A stretch of 63,242 bases of DNA, counting the filler, from Intoshia linei (Eukaryota; Animalia; Orthonectida): the NCBI GenBank assembly GCA_001642005.1. It is 4 parts of 4 records of this genome, joined end to end, with 100 filler letters (N's around TTAATTAATTAA, not from the genome) between each part and the next. Parts side by side here need not be neighbours in the genome. Positions count along the whole stretch, not along the records: positions 1 to 26,509 come from LWCA01000465.1; 3 more parts are not named here. One strand, 5' to 3'. Numbering within the stretch: the stretch's first letter is position 1; the number at the start of each line of letters is the position of its first letter. Of the stretch, positions 1 to 13,092 are shown piece after piece. The notes beneath the pieces are model-generated. The model had not been told where the DNA came from, made no database searches, and was given only the letters and a program-made list of their open reading frames with translations. The position numbers and the translations under genes are program-made.

Positions 1-199
1 GTTAATCATTCTATGTTAAAATATAATTACACATAAATACACATTAACATACCTGGTAATAAATTAAATTATTTTTATAAATTTCAGTAAGATAAAATGA
101 AAATAAACAATAGTAAAAATTAACAAATGTAAATAACACGCAAGAACGTTAATAGAAAATATAAATGTTTGTAAAATTGCTATAATCTATTTCATATTT

Positions 200-757
200 G
201 AATTGAGTACGAGTGGAATTAAATATATAACTAAGAAACGACATTTATTCATTGTATTTCATATATAAATTCCAGACAAATAATAATAATGAGAAATTTT
301 TATTTATTTACTCGTGCCATTTTGAATTGAAACGAGTAGACAATTTTTTATAGAAATTCATATGATAAACTTTATCATAAAGTATAACAAAATAATAATG
401 TGAACTTTTTATTTATTTACTCGTGCTTAACTTAAGCCTTAGGTTAAGTTATATTATCGAAGCAATTCTGTACATTACTGGTGTGTAGAAAATTGTCACA
501 AATTCTATAATTTTTATGAATTATACATTTAATTATAACTATTATTTTATAATTTTATTAGTAATAAATTATTATGTTATCCTTATTATTGATTGTTTAT
601 CAGTATTTTAAAGCCAAATCACTGAGTAATATTTTCTCATTATAATTTAACAATATTGAAATTAAAAATTTAAATTGTGAAATTATTAAATTTATCAACT
701 TCGCAAAATGTCTACTCGTGCTGAGCACGAGTGGCACGAGGTGGAGAGTCGCCACTG
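200..757. mobile_element. Right end of a DNA transposon/MITE with CACGAG/CTCGTG subterminal repeats
   Basis: Repeated (T)ACTCGTGC / GCACGAG motifs at ~208, 310, 419 and 715-740; ~45-bp direct repeat (276-318 / 387-427); terminal GAGTCGCCACTG at 746-757 (CAGTGGCGAC-type TIR). The left end was not identified. Confidence 0.45.
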
Positions 758-1024
758 TCAGTAATAGAAAGTATTTTGTCAGTATTAAATTACATATTTG
801 TCAGTTTTAAATTGCTTTCTTGTTAATACATAATTCCATTTTTGTCAGTAAATATATTAACTAGATCAGACCCAAGTTCAAACTGAAATATTAAGATACA
901 ATATTATACCTACAAACCATATTACAAAAAAATTAGAAATATTCTATGGTCCCTGAAAATGAGGTTACAGGAAACCAGAACCAAACATAATAACCTCAGA
1001 ATAGCATTAATTATTTAATTTTAG

Positions 1025-4024
1025 ACGTCAAAAAATAAATGAAAAATTTGATGATCCAAACGAAGAGGTAATTTTTATTACTGAAAAATATTGACTAGTA
1101 TGTAAATTCAACCTGTTATAATAATTAATTTGTGTAATTTAAAGTATTTAGCTCATGTTATTAACGGCTTTTCCAATGTAAGTAAATTTATATAAATTAT
1201 ACAATTAATAGGCTTGGAGCACCTGAATTCACTTACCCGGAATACAAAATTTCTCCTGAAACAAATATTGTATCAAATTCGCTTTATTTTCCAGATGAAG
1301 CCATTTTTAGTGGACATTCCAGATTCAAGCAATTTAAATTTATGACAAAAATTGATAATTTTATTTTAGAAGTTTAACTCGTAATATACGTCAAAGACGT
1401 CACAAAAAAGTGGCTATAAATATACCTAGTTTATATTTTTTCTTATTTTAACATTTCATTTTATAGTTTATCAAGACAAATTTACTAAAGATCCTTACGA
1501 AGATGTACATATGAAACCTCTCGGTGCAATTCCAAATCACATTCATATGGATGCGTCAGGTTTTGGCATGGGATGTTGTTGTCTACAAATGACGTTTCAG
1601 GTTTTTAGTTATTAGTTACGAAACATTTCATTATATAGGCCCGATGTATTGAAGAAGCGCGTCATATTTATGATCAATTGGCTGCTTTTACTCCAATTAT
1701 AGTAATTTTAGTTTTTTCCTTAGGGGTTTGTAAAAGTGTATTTTTCCCTTAAAGGTTGGTAAATTTTGATTTTTAGTAAAATTTGAATTTTTCCTTTTAT
1801 GGTTGGTAAAATTGGATTTTTCCGTTAAAGGTTGATAAAACTAGAATTTTCCTTTTAAGGTTGGTAAAACTGGATTTTTCCGTTAAAGGTTGGTAAAACT
1901 AGAATTTTTCTTTTAAGGTTGGTAAAACTGGATTTTTCCTTTATAAGTTGTTAAAACTGAATTTTTCCTGTTAGTGTTGGTAAATTTTGATTTTTAGTAA
2001 AAATGGTTGAATTTAATTAAAAATGATTGGATTTATGTAAAAATGGTTAGATTTAAGTAAAAATGGTTGGATTTAAGTAGACACCCTATAAAAAATACGT
2101 TTAATTCAAAAATAAATCTACTTCAAATTTAGGTAAATTTAAAAAGTATGCAGTTAATATTGAATAGATAATATTAATCTTAGAGTCTAAGATGTATCTC
2201 TCCAGAGAATGGACGTTAATTTTAAGTTTTGTCAACTTTTTTTTGAAAAAATATGCAACAATTTTCGTTATAAATTTTAGAAATAACCTTGTAATGCATG
2301 AACACGATTTTTTATAAAAAATGCTAATCATAATCAACAAATACTAAATATTATAAAATAGACATTTGAATAAAATCTTATTTTTAGTTGGCTCTTTCTT
2401 CAGCTTCACCCGTTTATAAAAGTTATTTATCAAATATAGATTGTAGATGGAATGTAATTGCAGCATCAATGGATGATCGAACCGACGAAGAGTTGGGATT
2501 ATCAGTTTTTAATATATAGAATTGATAAATATAAATTTGTAGCCTCTGAAAAATGACGAGTATAAAATTCCAAAATCTCGTTACGGGAGTATTACTTCGT
2601 ATTTAACCGAAAAGGGCCGCAAATTTAATGATGTCAAAATTGTTAAAAACGAAGAATACTATCAAAACTTATTAGACAATGGTATATTTTATATTAATAA
2701 AAAATGAAAAATTGGACCCGAAGAATAATAAAAACTTGTCAGGATAATGCGAAAATATGGATTTTTCATTTTTTCAACCTTTATCAATTTATTGAATAGA
2801 TAAAGTATTTTGAGCAAGCACCCGTATCCAGTGTAACCGTAACAGCTTGGAAACATATTGAATACAATGATAAATAGATTTTAATATTAATTTTAGGAGT
2901 AGATGATTTATTAGCACAACATATTGCACATTTATTTATTAGAGACCCGATCAGCTGTTACAGGTTATTATTTATATTGATTGAAAATAATTTTAATCCT
3001 TCTTACTGTATGAGTATTTTTACTGAAAACGTTATTGACTGTGCCCTAATATTAACTAAAGTCAGAATTGATGCCATCAAATCACCATTATAGATAAATG
3101 TAATTGTCAAATTAGAGAAAAGTTGAATATTGATAATGAAAATGACACGGATCATTTCGAAAACATACAATCCACAAATTGGCAATCACTACGCTTTAAA
3201 CTTCCACCTCCAAATTCACCAATTGGCTGGCGAGTGGAATTTAGAACTCCAGATTTGCAATTCACAGACTTTGAAAATGCAGGTATATGAAACGAAATTT
3301 TAGATTTATAAAATATTTAGCTTTCATAACCTTTGTTTCGTTAATGACACGCGTCATCATTTACAACACAAAACTAAATTTTATAATACCAATATCAAAA
3401 TTGGACCAAAACATACAAAGAGCCCACACACCCAATGCAGTAGTAGACGAAAAATTTTATTTTAACAAAAACTATGACAAAGTAGGTGCACCAGAAAACA
3501 TTGTTGAAATGACGATAAACGAAATAATGAATGGGTGTGAAAATTTTCGTGGAATGATAAATTTAATGTACGTCCACATCAACAAGGGATGTATAAACGA
3601 TAAATTACGTCACATTCTAGCTGGATATATGCAATTGATTCAAAAAAGAAGCAACGGTGAACTCGTTACAAATGCTACGTGGATTCGAAATTTTATCACA
3701 TCACACCCGGAATATCAGCAAGATTCCAAAATTACTCATTCCATCAATTACGATTTGTTATCAACAATCAGAAAAATTTCCAATCTAGAAATTTTTGACT
3801 GTAAACTCTTGCCATGTATTTATATTTGCGATCAACAACTCGTCAAGTCAAAAAACTACAATAGAGATAAACAAGAAGAAATTATTGCTAAAAATAAAAA
3901 GTGTGTTGAAATTGCCATCAAATATAAGAGATTAATTTATTCTAGCACTGAAAAAATTGATAAATGCAATTGGGAAATATTTCACGATGAACACTGTGAA
4001 TGTAGATCTGTGGTGGATTGCTGA
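1025..4024 (+). CDS. GCLC: Glutamate-cysteine ligase catalytic subunit, multi-exon, 5' exons not found (probably upstream of the window)
   Basis: Exons ~1025-1067, 1152-1177, 1212-1328, 1370-1428, 1467-1600, 1639-1701, 2388-2504, 2543-2681, 2897-2963, 3116-3282, 3321-4024 join in frame. They give the GCLC motifs [108 protein letters not shown] and [20 protein letters not shown]. Confidence 0.96.
1715..2087. repeat. Degenerate ~28-30-bp minisatellite (TTTTCCTTTAAGGTTGGTAAAACTGGAT) in a GCLC intron; arm of a foldback-like element
   Basis: About 9 tandem units ending in AAAATGGTTGGATTTAAGTAGACACCCT. The same array and terminus recur at 55480-55676, with related arrays at 5300-5400, 7190-7350, 18240-18540, 36860-37030 and 61340-61537. 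Confidence 0.75.
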
Positions 4025-4488
4025 TGCAAATTTTTACAAATGTTATCATATTTATTAATCTTTCTAATACTATATAGTATATATATTTTCAATTTTAAAT
4101 ATATCAAGTTATAAAAATTGTAAAAATATAAAATAAAAATACCTAGTATTACTGAAAAAGTAAGGCTATTCTATTTTCAACGTTTTTTAAAATTTAGAAA
4201 AAATTTGTATAGGTAATAATGACCATTTAATTTGCTGTGTAATAATATAAATATTTTTCAGTTTGGTAAAAAACGTTTTTTGTGTTTTTACCTTTTTTAT
4301 TTTTATAACATTTTTTATAGTAAAAAAATATGGCAACATTTTTTCTCAGTTTCCATTCATTTCCCCTAATATTCGCATATTTTATAGAAAACATGCCACT
4401 AATTATGCTGATTCAAAAAATAGAAAATATAATATATTCTAGAGTCTAGACTAGGGGTTTCCACAATTTTTTCATTGCGGACCGGTAA

Positions 4489-5095
4489 TCCTTACGTATA
4501 TAGTAATAATATGCTATGCAATATTTATGTGTGTGTGTTAACGTTTATTTCAATAACTACCAGTCTGAGAATTTTATAAAGTCCACAGTTTACAGTTTAC
4601 ATTACAGTTTTTTCTGGGTGTGTTAGCAAAATAAATTTCAACCTCCCAAACTCACATTTTACGGGTCCAAAAGCTCAATTGTCCTTTTTTTTTTTTAAAA
4701 TTAAACGAGTTAGAGAAGTTAAAAAAGTATATACAATGTACTCTGATACTGATTTTATAATCATTAATATTATGATAAATTTAAATTTAAAAAAATATAT
4801 ATGTAGCGCTAAAACTACAAATTACCCTTTTTTTTAAGTAAAACAGCCCTATAATTTAAAAAAATTTACAGATGGTACAGTTGTATCCTAATAACACACA
4901 CAAAAAATTCAATCTAATATAAATGACGCCTTCACGGTGAAAAAAGCATTTTAGTATTTATGTAGGATTTTTTTTCGAAATATTTTATTAAAAATGTGTA
5001 AAACAAAAAATGTGAAATAATTAACGTTCCGAATATTAAAAAATAAGATTATTCTGATAGAGCTTATTCCAGTCGATATAAATACAAATTTTGGG
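4489..5095 (+). mobile_element. Non-autonomous Helitron, 3'-truncated copy
   Basis: Starts A|TCCTTAC.TATATA..ATGCTATGCAATATTT..GTGTGTG, the family 5' end; body matches the copies at 35567, 39700 and 58610. Confidence 0.75.
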
Positions 5096-5543
5096 GTTGA
5101 AAGAAATGGCCAAATATTTTGTTAAGTGACTTATTTTTGGAGCGACATAATCATCGATTTTACTAATTTATCATATTATTGATTTTTTGATCAAAATTTT
5201 GTGGATTTTATTAGGGGGTGAATACGAAAATACGAAAATGTCAGATGATTGGGGGGAATGATAAATTTTTAGCATATTTTATTGAATTTAGTAAAACGTA
5301 TGAAAAAAAACTAAAATTTTACCAACCCTTAAAGAAAAAATCCCTCTATCTGATCCCAAAAGAAAAAACCTAATTTTACCAACACTTAAGAAAATAAACA
5401 GCTTTTGCTAATATTGTAAATAAAAATAATTCATATTGTTCTGAAGGCTGCACCAAATATTCAATAAGGCCGCACTTTCCCCACATCTGGTCTAAGATGT
5501 ATCGCTTCAACAATACATCGCTTAAATAAATGTGGCTCTAGAG

Positions 5544-5858
5544 CAGGGGTATCAGACTCAATTTGCTTGGCGGGCCAAATGTGAAAAAAATATTACGCGG
5601 GCCGCACAAAAAAATCTTAGCTCAAAAAATTACGTTAAAACTAACAGATTTAATTAATTTTAATTCATAAAATGAAATATCAATCAATAAAAATGGAGTA
5701 AGTGTACAAATGTTAAAATTGTAATAATAAAAAATCATGCAAAATATATGAAAAAACTGTGAAATAAGAAATATGTGTAAAAAATTGTAATAAAAAATAA
5801 AAATTTATACTATAACGCTTCCATTCCATAATCGGGGGCCGCATAATTGATACCCCTG
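5544..5858. mobile_element. hAT (Buster/Charlie-type) MITE, 315 bp
   Basis: TIR CAGGGGTATCA / TGATACCCCTG; perfect 8-bp TSD CTCTAGAG (5536-5543, 5859-5866). Confidence 0.9.
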
Positions 5859-6762
5859 CTCTAGAGTCTAGAATGGACGTCTATTAAGTGGTTTTTATCA
5901 TAAAATTTGGTAAAATCGTGTTTTTATAAAAAATATCGGAAAAAGGGGTTTTTTCATAAGAGTTGATAAAATTAGATTTTTTATTTTGGAGTTTGAGTAA
6001 GTGGATATTTAAAAAAAATATTTGCAAAAATGGATTTTTCCCTGAAGGTTATAAATATATTTTTTATAAAGTTTTATGAATGGTGGGATAAAAGTTAGAT
6101 TTTTGAAATAATAATGTAGAGATTGTTTAGATTTTAGGATAAATTCCCAATATCTGTAAAATCTATAATAAATATTAAAAATTTTATAAAAATAAACAAA
6201 ATCGATAAATTTTTTTTTTTAATCTCAGGCCCCAGGTATATAGTTTTGAACACCCAATCGGAACCCACTTACAGATACCAATTCAATTATTTTACTGATG
6301 AAATTTTCAAATAATTTCTATACTCGAGTTATAAAATAAATTAAAAATTAATATATTTAAATTTTAAATTATTCATTTATTTATTCAAAATTGTCGTAAA
6401 CGTGGTAGTGATAAATTAAATTAATTACAACTGATAATTATCGATAAATTTTTGAAATTGACACGTCAACCAATATTATTAATAAAATAATTAAGAAATA
6501 ATAAAATGAAAGGCTCGTGTTTTTTTTGCAAAATGTAAAATATATATCTCATTCTGCAGTAACTTAAATCTATATCTTTTTTGTATTTCTAAATAGTACA
6601 AAATGGAATAGGCTAGTTGACTATATAACTACATATACCTCTACCTAACTATAACTATACTAATAACCTAGTTACAATATACGAGTAGACAGAAATAATA
6701 TAATCCAGTCGATGTTAAATCTCCACGGACCCTTAAAAATTCTTAAACCACTTGGACTAGAC

Positions 6763-7747
6763 CAGGGGGTGCACAACGTGCGCAATACATCTGATCATAA
6801 TGCAATATATCATTTTACTTACAATTGAACAGTTAATGCGAGATTTTATTCAACGTCTATTTAAAACATTTTAATCAAAAAATTACATTCTTGACTTTGC
6901 CCCAGTTTCTCAAATGTTAGCGAAGGGCACACAAAATCAAAGCAGTCACTGACATATTTTTTTATGTCTTCCACTCTAATGTATCAACAAATCAGTTTTT
7001 AATGGAACTTTTTTCTGTTGTCCAACCATGCTTAATTATTTACCTAAAAATTAATGATTAATGTTTTTTCAAAAAAATATTAGTAAAAGGAGATTTTTCA
7101 AATTTTTTTTAAATCAGGTTTTTTCTTATGTGGAATCAGTCAGAAAAATTATTGATCTAAAAATTTCGTAAAATGAGATTTTTCATAAAAATATTGGTAA
7201 AAGCGATTTTTTTCTTTAAGGCTTGGTAAAATTTGGTTTTTTCTTTTGGAATCAGATAGGGTAGTTTTTATTCTAAAACTTAGGTAAAGATGCATTTTTA
7301 AAAAAAATATTGGTAAAAAGGATTTCTTCCTTAAGGGTTGGTAAAATTTTGGTTTTTTCTCGTAAGATTATATTAAATTGGATGATTTAATGAAATATGT
7401 TGAAAATTGTAGATTAGCCTACATCATCTTAAATTTTCGTATTTACCCCTTGGGTGACTGGTCACACTTATGAGAAGCACTGCATTAATCCTACTATTGC
7501 TATTTATTCCGATTCAGATAAATGACAAATATGGTGTTAATTTATATGAGTAAATTAAGGATTAGTTTTAATTGAAAATTATTAATTAAAACTTGCTGAT
7601 ATTAAAATTTAAAGAAAACTATTTTATTAGACCTAAAATTTAGGTCCAGAGTAAACTTTCTCAATGTCGAAGTAAATTTTGTGCGGTCATAGTATCAATG
7701 AAAAAAGTAGCATGTAGCTGAATTGATTGAAAAATTGTGCACCCCTG
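6763..7747. mobile_element. hAT MITE, ~985 bp
   Basis: TIR CAGGGGGTGCACAA / TTGTGCACCCCTG; TSD GACTAGAC / GGCTAGAC; inverted homologue at 36696-37484 and a partial copy at ~25970-26210. Confidence 0.85.
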
Positions 7748-7933
7748 GGCTAGACATTGGTTAATGTAAAAAACAGAGGCCAATGAGACTGTAACAGATT
7801 TTTTAATTCATAATAAAAAAGGTTCCATCAATCAGAGGCCAAGTGAAATTAAAAGTAGACTAAAAATTTTCAGTAAACAATGCGTATAGCGATATTGATT
7901 AATGTACAAATAATGTATTGTACATTGTACAAT

Positions 7934-9988
7934 TTATTTAACTTTTTTTTCAGACAACTTGTCAACTTTTGTAGTGTTCAGAGAGTTTTGTGGCAGCAGG
8001 TCCATAAATAATCCAACAAAGACCAAAAATGTTCCAAACCATTGACTATTTGTCATAGGATTACGATATAATAAAACGGACAGTAAAATTGTAAATAATT
8101 TTCTAGTTGTAGTAATTATTGAACAATATAATGGGCCAATTTTTTCTACTGCCATAAACACGAAAATCTAAAAAATACATTTATTATTTATATTTTTAAG
8201 AATATAAATTACCTGTCCGATTGAACTGGAAATTGCCCAAGTTATAATTGTGGGAATTATAAAATTATTTTGAACAATAAAATTCAAAAATGGAGTTAAG
8301 GTTGCAGAGTACCATAAGACTAGAATATAACATTACATTAATGAGAATTTTATATGGATGGATTCAGAATTAAATTACCAATAGACATAAAGATTGTGGC
8401 CCACATGTTGACGTATAACATTATTTGGTGTCCGGCAACAGTTGGCTCACCGTGTAAAATCCATGAATCCCTCAATTTATGTTGTAATGATCCTGTTGCT
8501 CCATCGAGTAATAGAGATATTATCTGTTTTATATAATTAAATATTGTATGTCAAATTTTAACTAAAATGACTATCACTGACTTTATTAATCACTGTACAA
8601 TAGGGTATCACACCGCTCTCAGAAACAAGGGTGCTTAGTACTCAATGTCATAAGTTGTACGCTATAAATATTATTACAAAATTAAGTTACTTAAAATGTA
8701 ATATTGAATTATGCAAAAACACCAGTGTGTATTTGACCGGAAAAACGCAAATTTCTGAGGTTGGAATTTTTTATGTATATTAGGGTGTCAAGCCCATCAA
8801 AGAATCAAGGATGGTTCGTGCGCTAGTGGCATATTTGAGTGAAATATAACATAAATTTAATAACTTTCACATGTAACTTTGCGAAAAAAATTGTATAAAA
8901 TTTACATAATGTATCTATAATTATAAAAATTGCATATAAAAAATATAAATTACCAACAAAATATGACCAAAATTAAGATCGAAACTCTTTTGATGCATAG
9001 TATGATCAAATCGATTAGAAATGAACAAGATGACTCCACAAACAATGGTCAGAATGTACATAATTTTTTTGAGCGAATATTTTTTCCTGGCAAAAATGGC
9101 TCCCATCATTAAAACACAAATAGGTTTCAAAGATTTTCCGACAACTTGAGACGGGTAATCAATGAATTTCAGGGCAGTATTACTGGCCAGCATTGCTCCA
9201 ATATACGTGAGAGACATGGCGCTAAATAATGTTTGGTGTTTTTTCGAAAAATTATGATTTTTAGATTTTTCATTTGGAGGAAACAGGAAATTAACTAAAA
9301 TGATATGTAATGTATATAAATATGAATTAGGTCTGCATATCGTTTCCTTTCTACGAGGCCAATTTTGGATTATAATGTCAACAGTTTTTACCAATTTTTA
9401 TTGAAAGTTTTTTCTACTTGAAAAAATACACATTATCTAGGCAGGTCATTTTAAAAGTGTATTATAAAACAAGAAAAAATGTCAACTTTTACTACCAGTG
9501 ATTCAAAAATTGCCAATAAAATATTGTGATCAATCTGAGTTATGGAATGTTTCATAACATTCATCATGATTACAATATTCGATAGGAATATAACCGGTAA
9601 TTTGATACTTAAATGAATAATGTAAATGTTAAAATGAAAAATAAGTACCTATACGAGCAAACACTACATTAGTCATGCATTGTATAAACACGAGTGGGAT
9701 GAAGTAAACAAACTTGTCTTTATTTGGGCCGTATTTTGTTTTGGTTCTAAAGGATCAATATTTAAATGTAAATAATTGAGTTTTATATCAACAAAGCCAT
9801 GATTGGCACCTGGGTATAAATAGGATCTGATTACACCAAACGTTTAAAGAAAGCAGGTGACGTTAACATCTGTTTTTACATATCATAAAATAAATTTACA
9901 TTTTTTCCTGCTCCAATCCAAATAAAAGATAAGATATGAAAATTCCACAAAAGCAAATTAACAAGTATCTTATATTGACGCTCTCCAT
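7934..9988 (-). CDS. SLC35B1: Solute carrier family 35 member B1 (UGTrel1/HUT1; ER nucleotide/nucleotide-sugar transporter)
   Basis: Exons 9988-9900, 9746-9649, 9294-8954, 8523-8379, 8319-8213, 8167-7934 give [72 protein letters not shown] and [21 protein letters not shown]. The C-terminal KKVK is a dilysine ER-retrieval motif. The frame is open ~30 codons upstream of the ATG, so the start is uncertain. Confidence 0.93.
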
Positions 9989-10409
9989 TTTTTCTTCTTT
10001 TTTAGTTGATTCAATTTTATTATTTTCTTGTATAAACTTGTTTTTCAAAGCTTTCTTACTACGTAATGTTTGATATTCTTATATATGTGAGAACCTCTCT
10101 CTTCTAGACACGTATTTGTTATGACAATTTCTAGCATTATATGCATTTCTCTAGTTTTAATAAACAGTACATTGTATATCGCCAATGAAATTATAATTTA
10201 AAGCTCCATTATCGTATTTGTCCATGTACTCATAGTGATACAAACTGTATTTGTTGAGAATTTAACTTAAATTTTAAGACGAAAATTTCTATTCGTCATC
10301 ATAGATAAGTAGTTTTGGCTTTACATTTATCATCAAATAAACTAAAATTGATAGTACGTCTTTTTTCTGGCCACACTAAAAATTTAAGTGATTTTCTCAA
10401 TATTTTTTA

Positions 10410-11410
10410 TCCTTTACTTACATAAAAATGAATGTCTATGTGTGTGTGTAACCATTTATTGAAAAAATCGACATCGTAGGATTTAAATAACCCAATTTCT
10501 AATACAGTTTTTCCCAGAGCGTGTATTTATCTATTTTTCAGTTTCAGAATTTGAGTCCTTCAGGGTCAAAAACCCAATTTTGCCTTTTGTTTAAAAAAAA
10601 AATCAGCCCAAAAATTTAATAAAACATACATTCTGGAACGCATTATAAAATCATTAACATTGTCGTTAATCGTAACCTCAGAAACGCATAGCTTAAGGGT
10701 CAAAACCCTAAATTACCCTTTTTTAAAATTGACACATGTCCTTAAATTTTTTTGTAAAACATACATTCTGGGATAGTTTTTAAAACATGAGTGATTAAAA
10801 CATGTCTATGATGACATAAGATACAAAAGTTAAAGTTGAATAATTGGTACATTTTGTTTTATATTTTTCTGTTATTAAACTTATTACGTTACAATTGATT
10901 CCTTCCGATTTTTTTTCATTGCTACGCAATTTTTAATTCTCAAATACTCATTTTCAAAAAATTTAACATACAACAACGAAGTACAAAGTAAAAGTTGATA
11001 TAATTTTTAATTTTGATATTTTTTACTCATCAAAAGCAGATACTGAATATATATTATCACCTTGAAAATGACAAAATAGGTTTTTACAATTTTATTTTTT
11101 CAGATATTTAAGCTATTTATGACAATTTTTAGGATTGTACTGTTTTGACTTTATTTTTAAAATTATGCATAATTAAGAATAATATACACTCGTTCTCTCT
11201 AATAAATTAAATACATGGGATTATAAAATTGTTTTTAAAATCGGTTACACAAATGCTAACGAAATAAATTTAAGTGAGAATAATTAACTTTATATTAATA
11301 GGTAATATGAAATTCAAATTTATGGCCTAATTTATTTTTTTGGGTATAATTACAAAAATTCGCCCTGGACAGAGCTAGGATGATGTTTGTATGAAGTACA
11401 TAACAGTTAA
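10410..11410 (+). mobile_element. Non-autonomous Helitron, near full length (second subfamily)
   Basis: 5' A|TCCTTTACTTACATA..GTGTGTG; 3' CGCCCTGGACAGAGCTAG (to 11378) followed by a degraded hairpin TGTTTGTATGAAGTACATAACA. Confidence 0.7.
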
Positions 11411-12233
11411 ATTGAATCTGGTTACTAACAATGCAGAAATAAGCTATACTACAGATTCCGTACTACGTAGAGAAATGAATTCATTTTTATTTGAAAGTAC
11501 AATTTACTGTTTCAATGTGGCTAACCTCGTACAAAATTTGAATTTTAAAGCTTTCAATCTAAATAAATTTTGTGATTCTCACCAGACGTCGACAGAACAA
11601 GAACTAAAATAATTCTACATTTAAATTTCAAGGTTCAATATGATAGAATTGGTTTCTATAAACCCAAGTTAAGACTGAAACCCTGCAGAACCAACTAATA
11701 TTTAAAAATGAAACATTTTATAGCGTTTACTTACCTATCCCAGGGATAGGAAAATTTCTGAAATAGCGGACCGGATTGTCATTTCAAATGGTTGTGTGAG
11801 CCAGACAAAAAATTTAAGAATTTTAAGAATTTTTTTGCTGTTGGAAGATACAAAATTTTACTTTAATTATATTCGTAATAAAGTAGTGTGCCAATTTCTA
11901 AACAAATACAATAATATACAAATGTATTTTAACTGATGTTAGTGTAATTATAAATAATCTCAACAAAAATTGCTAGAAAACTATAAAACTTGAGCTTTGA
12001 TCTTTAGAAGACTATTATAATATTTAGAAAACAATTAAAGTGTATAATTTCGTAGGGTGATATTTATTTTTTCTCCGTCACTTCTTCAAACGATTGTGAT
12101 ATTAATTTTAAAGATAATGTTCGCAACAATTTTTTAAAAAAAAGTAATCTGGTGTTTTGATCATGAAAATGAACTTTTTTGAGGTTAACATTCATGATAA
12201 TGCGTATGATTTTAAAAACTATTCTATAATTTA

Positions 12234-12625
12234 TCCTTACTTATATAATATGCTACGCAATATTTGTTTGTGTGGGTGTGTTACCGTTTATTTCAATAAC
12301 TACCAGTCTTAGAATTTATAAAGTACATATTTCAAGTATAGTTTTTTCTGGGGTGTTAGCAAAATAAATTTCACCTCCCAAACTCACATTACGGGTCAAA
12401 AAGCCCTATTTTTTTTTTTTGAAAATCAAACGAGTTCAAGAATTTAAAAAATATATACTCCGATACAGTTTTAAAATTATAAAAATTAGCATAAATTTAA
12501 AAAAATATATCTTTAGGGCCAAACCCCCAATTACCCTTCTTTTTTTTATGATAACAGTCCTAAAATTTAAAAAAAAGTACAGGTGGTACAGTTGTATCCT
12601 GTTAACACACACAAAAAATGTTTTA
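12234..12625 (+). mobile_element. Non-autonomous Helitron 5' half, followed by an inverted related fragment (12625-12830)
   Basis: A|TCCTTACTTATATAATATGCTACGCAATATTTG start; the short ORFs called here are repeat-derived. Confidence 0.75.
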
Positions 12626-12869
12626 TAAAATTTTAGACTTGTTTCATTTTTCAATAAAGGATAATTTGTGGTTTTGACCATGAAGGTATGCGTTTTGGTG
12701 GCTAAGATTTATGACAATGATAATAATTTTACAACGCGTCCCATAAAAATTTAAATATGTTTTTTTAAATTTTTGGGCTGATTTTATATTTAATAAAAAG
12801 GAAAATTGGGTTTTTGAACCTGAACCAATCAATGTAGGAAAATTAAAAAAAGATAAAAACTTTGCACGC

Positions 12870-13092
12870 GAAAAATGTAATGAAATCGCCATCGAAGCCT
12901 CCTGGCCTAAATCCAATTTAAAACCCATGGGAAATTTTGGCAAGGTTTGTTATAAAAATGGCAGGCAAATTAAAAATATTAATCAGCTGACTCAGCTTAT
13001 ATTAAGAGAATGGGAAAATATCCATAAAGATGTTATTCAAAACTTGGTGTATTGAACTTGTGGTGAATAAAGGAGGAAAAACACATTATTAT
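12870..13092 (+). pseudogene. Tc1/Tc3-like transposase C-terminal relic
   Basis: Reads NVMKSPSKPPGLNPI*NPWEILAR..YKNGRQIKNINQLTQLILREWENIHKDVIQNLV..ELVVNKGGKTHY, a decayed WPxxSPDLNPIENLW...GGxTxY tail. Confidence 0.75.

Noticed and set aside
1715-2087. Regularly spaced repeats resembling a CRISPR array
   Set aside because: Units are contiguous and degenerate with no unique spacers; eukaryotic intron, no cas genes.
4019-4030. GCLC ends TGC-TGA-TGC (C-stop-C), suggestive of a C-terminal selenocysteine
   Set aside because: I found no SECIS-like AUGA/AA/GA stem-loop in the following ~400 nt, and read-through gives low-complexity AT-rich sequence.
10080-10310. Possible upstream exons extending SLC35B1, or a separate small gene
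   Set aside because: Short open frames only, with no recognisable homology and ambiguous splice sites.
12419-12943. Cluster of 69-99-aa ORFs (also 2101-2340, 18409-18642, 36697-36915, 46468-46938, 57512-57775)
   Set aside because: F/K/I/N-rich chance ORFs inside Helitron, MITE or transposon sequence.
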